From Desulfatiglandales bacterium (GTDB lineage: Bacteria; Desulfobacterota; DSM-4660; Desulfatiglandales; Desulfatiglandaceae), in contig OY759599.1 in assembly GCA_963662465.1 (NCBI GenBank), positions 3,520,001 to 3,584,000 of the forward strand: DNA of 64,000 nt, written 5' to 3'. Under the pieces are notes generated by a model. That model was not told the DNA's origin. It did no database searches and saw nothing but the letters and a program-made list of their open reading frames with translations. How positions within the stretch are numbered: position 1 is the stretch's first letter; each line of letters starts with the position of its first letter. Positions 61,490-64,000 of this stretch are shown here, one piece after another. The translations under genes and the position numbers were made by a program.

Positions 61490-62526
61490 AAACGCTGGTC
61501 TACCTAAGGCATCAGGCGCATCGTTTGAATGATAGTTGTTTTAAACAAGTGGTCGGGTTAGCGGATATCGTTGTATCTGCTAAGGATGAGGTTGGGGTAT
61601 GTGAACTCTGCAATGGACCGATGCGTGTACAAAAAACGTTTGTGCATGAAGGACGGACCATCGAGCATGGTACGTTTAATGTTAGGGAAACGGTACATGT
61701 ATGTTCGGAGCGGTGCCGTAATGATGATGGGACATTGTTTACCAAGAGAGCAGAATCGGTCGTTCGGACCATTATGCCAAACGGCATTGTCGGTTATGAC
61801 GTAATGGTTTATGTGGGTCTCAATAGGCTGCTCGGCTATAAACAGAGAGAGGAAATAAAAGCAGAATTAAAGGAAAGGCACGGCATCAAATTGTCTTGCG
61901 GTGAGGTTAGCAATCTGACACGATACTTTTTGGAATACTTGCTCAGACTTCATCACGTGCGGGCTGAGCAATTGAAAGGGGTCCTGGAGGCGGATGGGGG
62001 TTGGCCGATGCAAGTGGATGCCACTGGAGAAGCCGGTCGAGGGACCCTATTTGTTGTGATGGCTGGTTGGAGAAAATGGGTGCTTGGCGCCTGGAAAATT
62101 TCAACTGAACGAGCCGATCTTTTGTTACCCTGCATGCGGGATACGGTCAGTCGATTCGGCCCGCCTTGCGGAGCCATGCGCGACTTGGGACGCGCGGTAT
62201 CGCCGGCCATCGACGAACTCGTATCTGAGATGCAATTGGATATACCCGTGTTAGCTTGCCATCAACACTTTCTTGCCGACATTGGTAAAGACCTTATAAA
62301 ACCTGACCATTCCGCTTTGCGGGACCATTTCCGGCGTACAAAAGTACGACCTAAAATCAATAACTTAGTCCGTGAGATCGGGCGAGAGATAGGCTTTGAG
62401 ATCAATGAAACACGGCAGGCGGTTCTGGATTGGCAAGAGAGGGATGACTATCGTCTCCCACCGGGACGAGATGGCCTTGCCGTTGTACGAAACATAGCAC
62501 AGTGGATAATCGACTATAAGGCAGAT
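61465..62526 (+). pseudogene. IS ORF2, DDE transposase catalytic part, truncated
   Basis: CELC..CSERC, QVDATG, MRDLG, ACHQHF; -1 frame open from the A9 run. Confidence 0.7.
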
Positions 62527-64000
62527 CATTGCTGTCCGGTTAACTTTTGTCGACTTATCATAACTAATTGAAATATATGCTTATACAACGCAAAGATGTT
62601 TTTGGGACAAAAAATCCTGAAATAATCAAAGGCTGTCAAATTTTGGCGTAACATCATGCAATTTCTTGGTATTCTTATCATGACGAGCTCTAATTCGTCT
62701 TAAGGTATTGTCATGCTATTTGGGTTTCGTTATAATGCTCAACCGGACAGCAGTACTGCAAATCTTATATCAGAAAAAATGAGCAATGTCTGGTCGACAA
62801 TATGTATTCTCCCAATTCCTGAGTTTACTTCCGAGATACGAATTCCAGCGTATTGTAAACAAGTACAACGGCGATTATCGTACCAGGAACTTTAAATGCT
62901 GGAACCAGATGGCTTGCATGATCTTTTTGCCCACATGAGACAAGAAGATAGTTTGAGAGACATAGACATTGCCCTTAACGCTCATGCCAGCAAACTGTAC
63001 CATATGGGAATCCAACAATGTCCACGATCCACTTTGGCCGATGCAAATGAGCGCCGGGACTATCGGATCTACGAGGAATTCGCAAAATTGTTGATGCAAC
63101 GCGCCCGCCGAGAGTACGCTGGCACGAACTTGGCTGTCGATGTAGACAATGCGGTCTATGCGCTGGATGCATCGACTATCGACCTGACGTTGTCTCTGTA
63201 TCCCTGGGCGAAATTCCGTAAGACCAAAGGCGCCATTAAATTGCATACCATGATTGACCTGAGAGGCAACATCCCGGCGTTTCTGACCATTACTGATGGT
63301 AAAGTCCATGATGTCAAGGCTGCGCCTCTAATCCCAATTGAACCGGAAGGGATCTATGTGGTCGACCGTGCATATATCGACTTTGATTGGTTAAGATCCA
63401 TTGATGATATCTGCGCATTTTTTGTTACCCGCTTGAAAAGATCTATCAGATGGACCCGTGTTGTATCCCATCCGGTAGATAAATCCCTTGGCCTGAGGAG
63501 TGATCAGGAGATACTCCTATTCAGCAAAAAGTCCAAGGCGAAATATCCAAAACGTTTGCGAAGAGTAAGTTTTCGAGACGAGACCCAAAATCGAACGTTG
63601 GTGTTCCTAAGCAACAATTTTGCTTTTTCAGCAGAAACTATTGCCGCCCTGTACAAAGCTCGCTGGGAAATCGAGCTGTTTTTCAAATGGATCAAGCAAA
63701 ATCTCAGAGTGAAGAACTTCTATGGTACTTCCCCAAACGCAGTAAAGACTCAGATCTGGATCGCAATGATCGTTTATCTCATTCTGGCCATCATTAAAGA
63801 GAGATATTCGCTCCAAAACAGCTTGTCCCAGCTATTACACTTTTCGGAAGTCAATCTGTTTGAGAAAAAGGCGCTCATTTCTATTTTTTGGCCCAATCCG
63901 CGTAATATGCACAGCAGGGAAGATAATGGATATAAGCAACTGACATTATTTGATTATTTACAACCATAATATCTTGAATCCATAAGCAACCTCTCGCAAT
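62527..64000 (+). mobile_element. IS4-family element (DUF4372 type), right end outside window
   Basis: Left end CATTGCTGTCCGGTT; TTGTCA-17-TATAAT promoter at 62708-62736. Confidence 0.8.
62786..63969 (+). pseudogene. IS4-family transposase with frameshift at T5 (62924-62928)
   Basis: MSGRQYVFSQFLSLLPRYEF..CWNQMACMIF / AHMRQEDSLRDI..ALDASTI..VDRAY..YKARWEIELFFKWIKQ. Confidence 0.88.

Larger units (their letters stand above)
60581..62526 (+). mobile_element. Two-ORF insertion sequence of uncertain family, interrupted by IS4
   Basis: Candidate left end CAGCGTCAGG (not confirmed, right end outside window), TTGACA-17-TACATT promoter, two overlapping-frame ORFs. Confidence 0.65.

Noticed and set aside
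1..64000. rRNA/tRNA genes, prophage or integron
   Set aside because: No such sequences, phage structural genes or integrase recognised by eye; a covariance-model search was not possible

Overview
Chromosomal window from an anaerobic Desulfobacterota-like (deltaproteobacterial) genome; the taxon is inferred from gene content. Housekeeping and energy genes: branched-chain amino acid ABC transporter, an Hdr-like module (membrane/heme-c/HdrC fusion, HdrB, and a 1007-aa HdrA with an in-frame UGA plus SECIS-like hairpin that the ORF track truncates), YcaO-TPR with a Gld-like ABC transporter, glnS, DinG, NUDIX, htpX, MoxR/VWA, feoAB, greA, TrmJ, efflux genes, and an oxidative/nitrosative stress cluster (rubredoxin, rubrerythrin, desulfoferrodoxin, hcp). 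The most notable hidden structure is two collapsed BREX-like defence loci that survive as short, correctly ordered scraps around their nested cargo. One is type 3-like (brxF'-brxC'-pglXI'-[AAA ATPase + internally deleted DUF4276-like gene]-brxHII'-brxA'). The other is type 1-like (pglX'-[AIPR]-pglZ'). Also present: a second decayed ATPase/TOPRIM-like pair, an orphaned MNT antitoxin, intact mazEF, four IS elements (two hard to classify, one with an A9 -1 frameshift site), a MITE carrying a REPIN, REP palindromes and dispersed heptamer-repeat elements. Family assignments, especially of short remnants, come from recognition of motifs, not database searches. No rRNA, tRNA or CRISPR array was seen.
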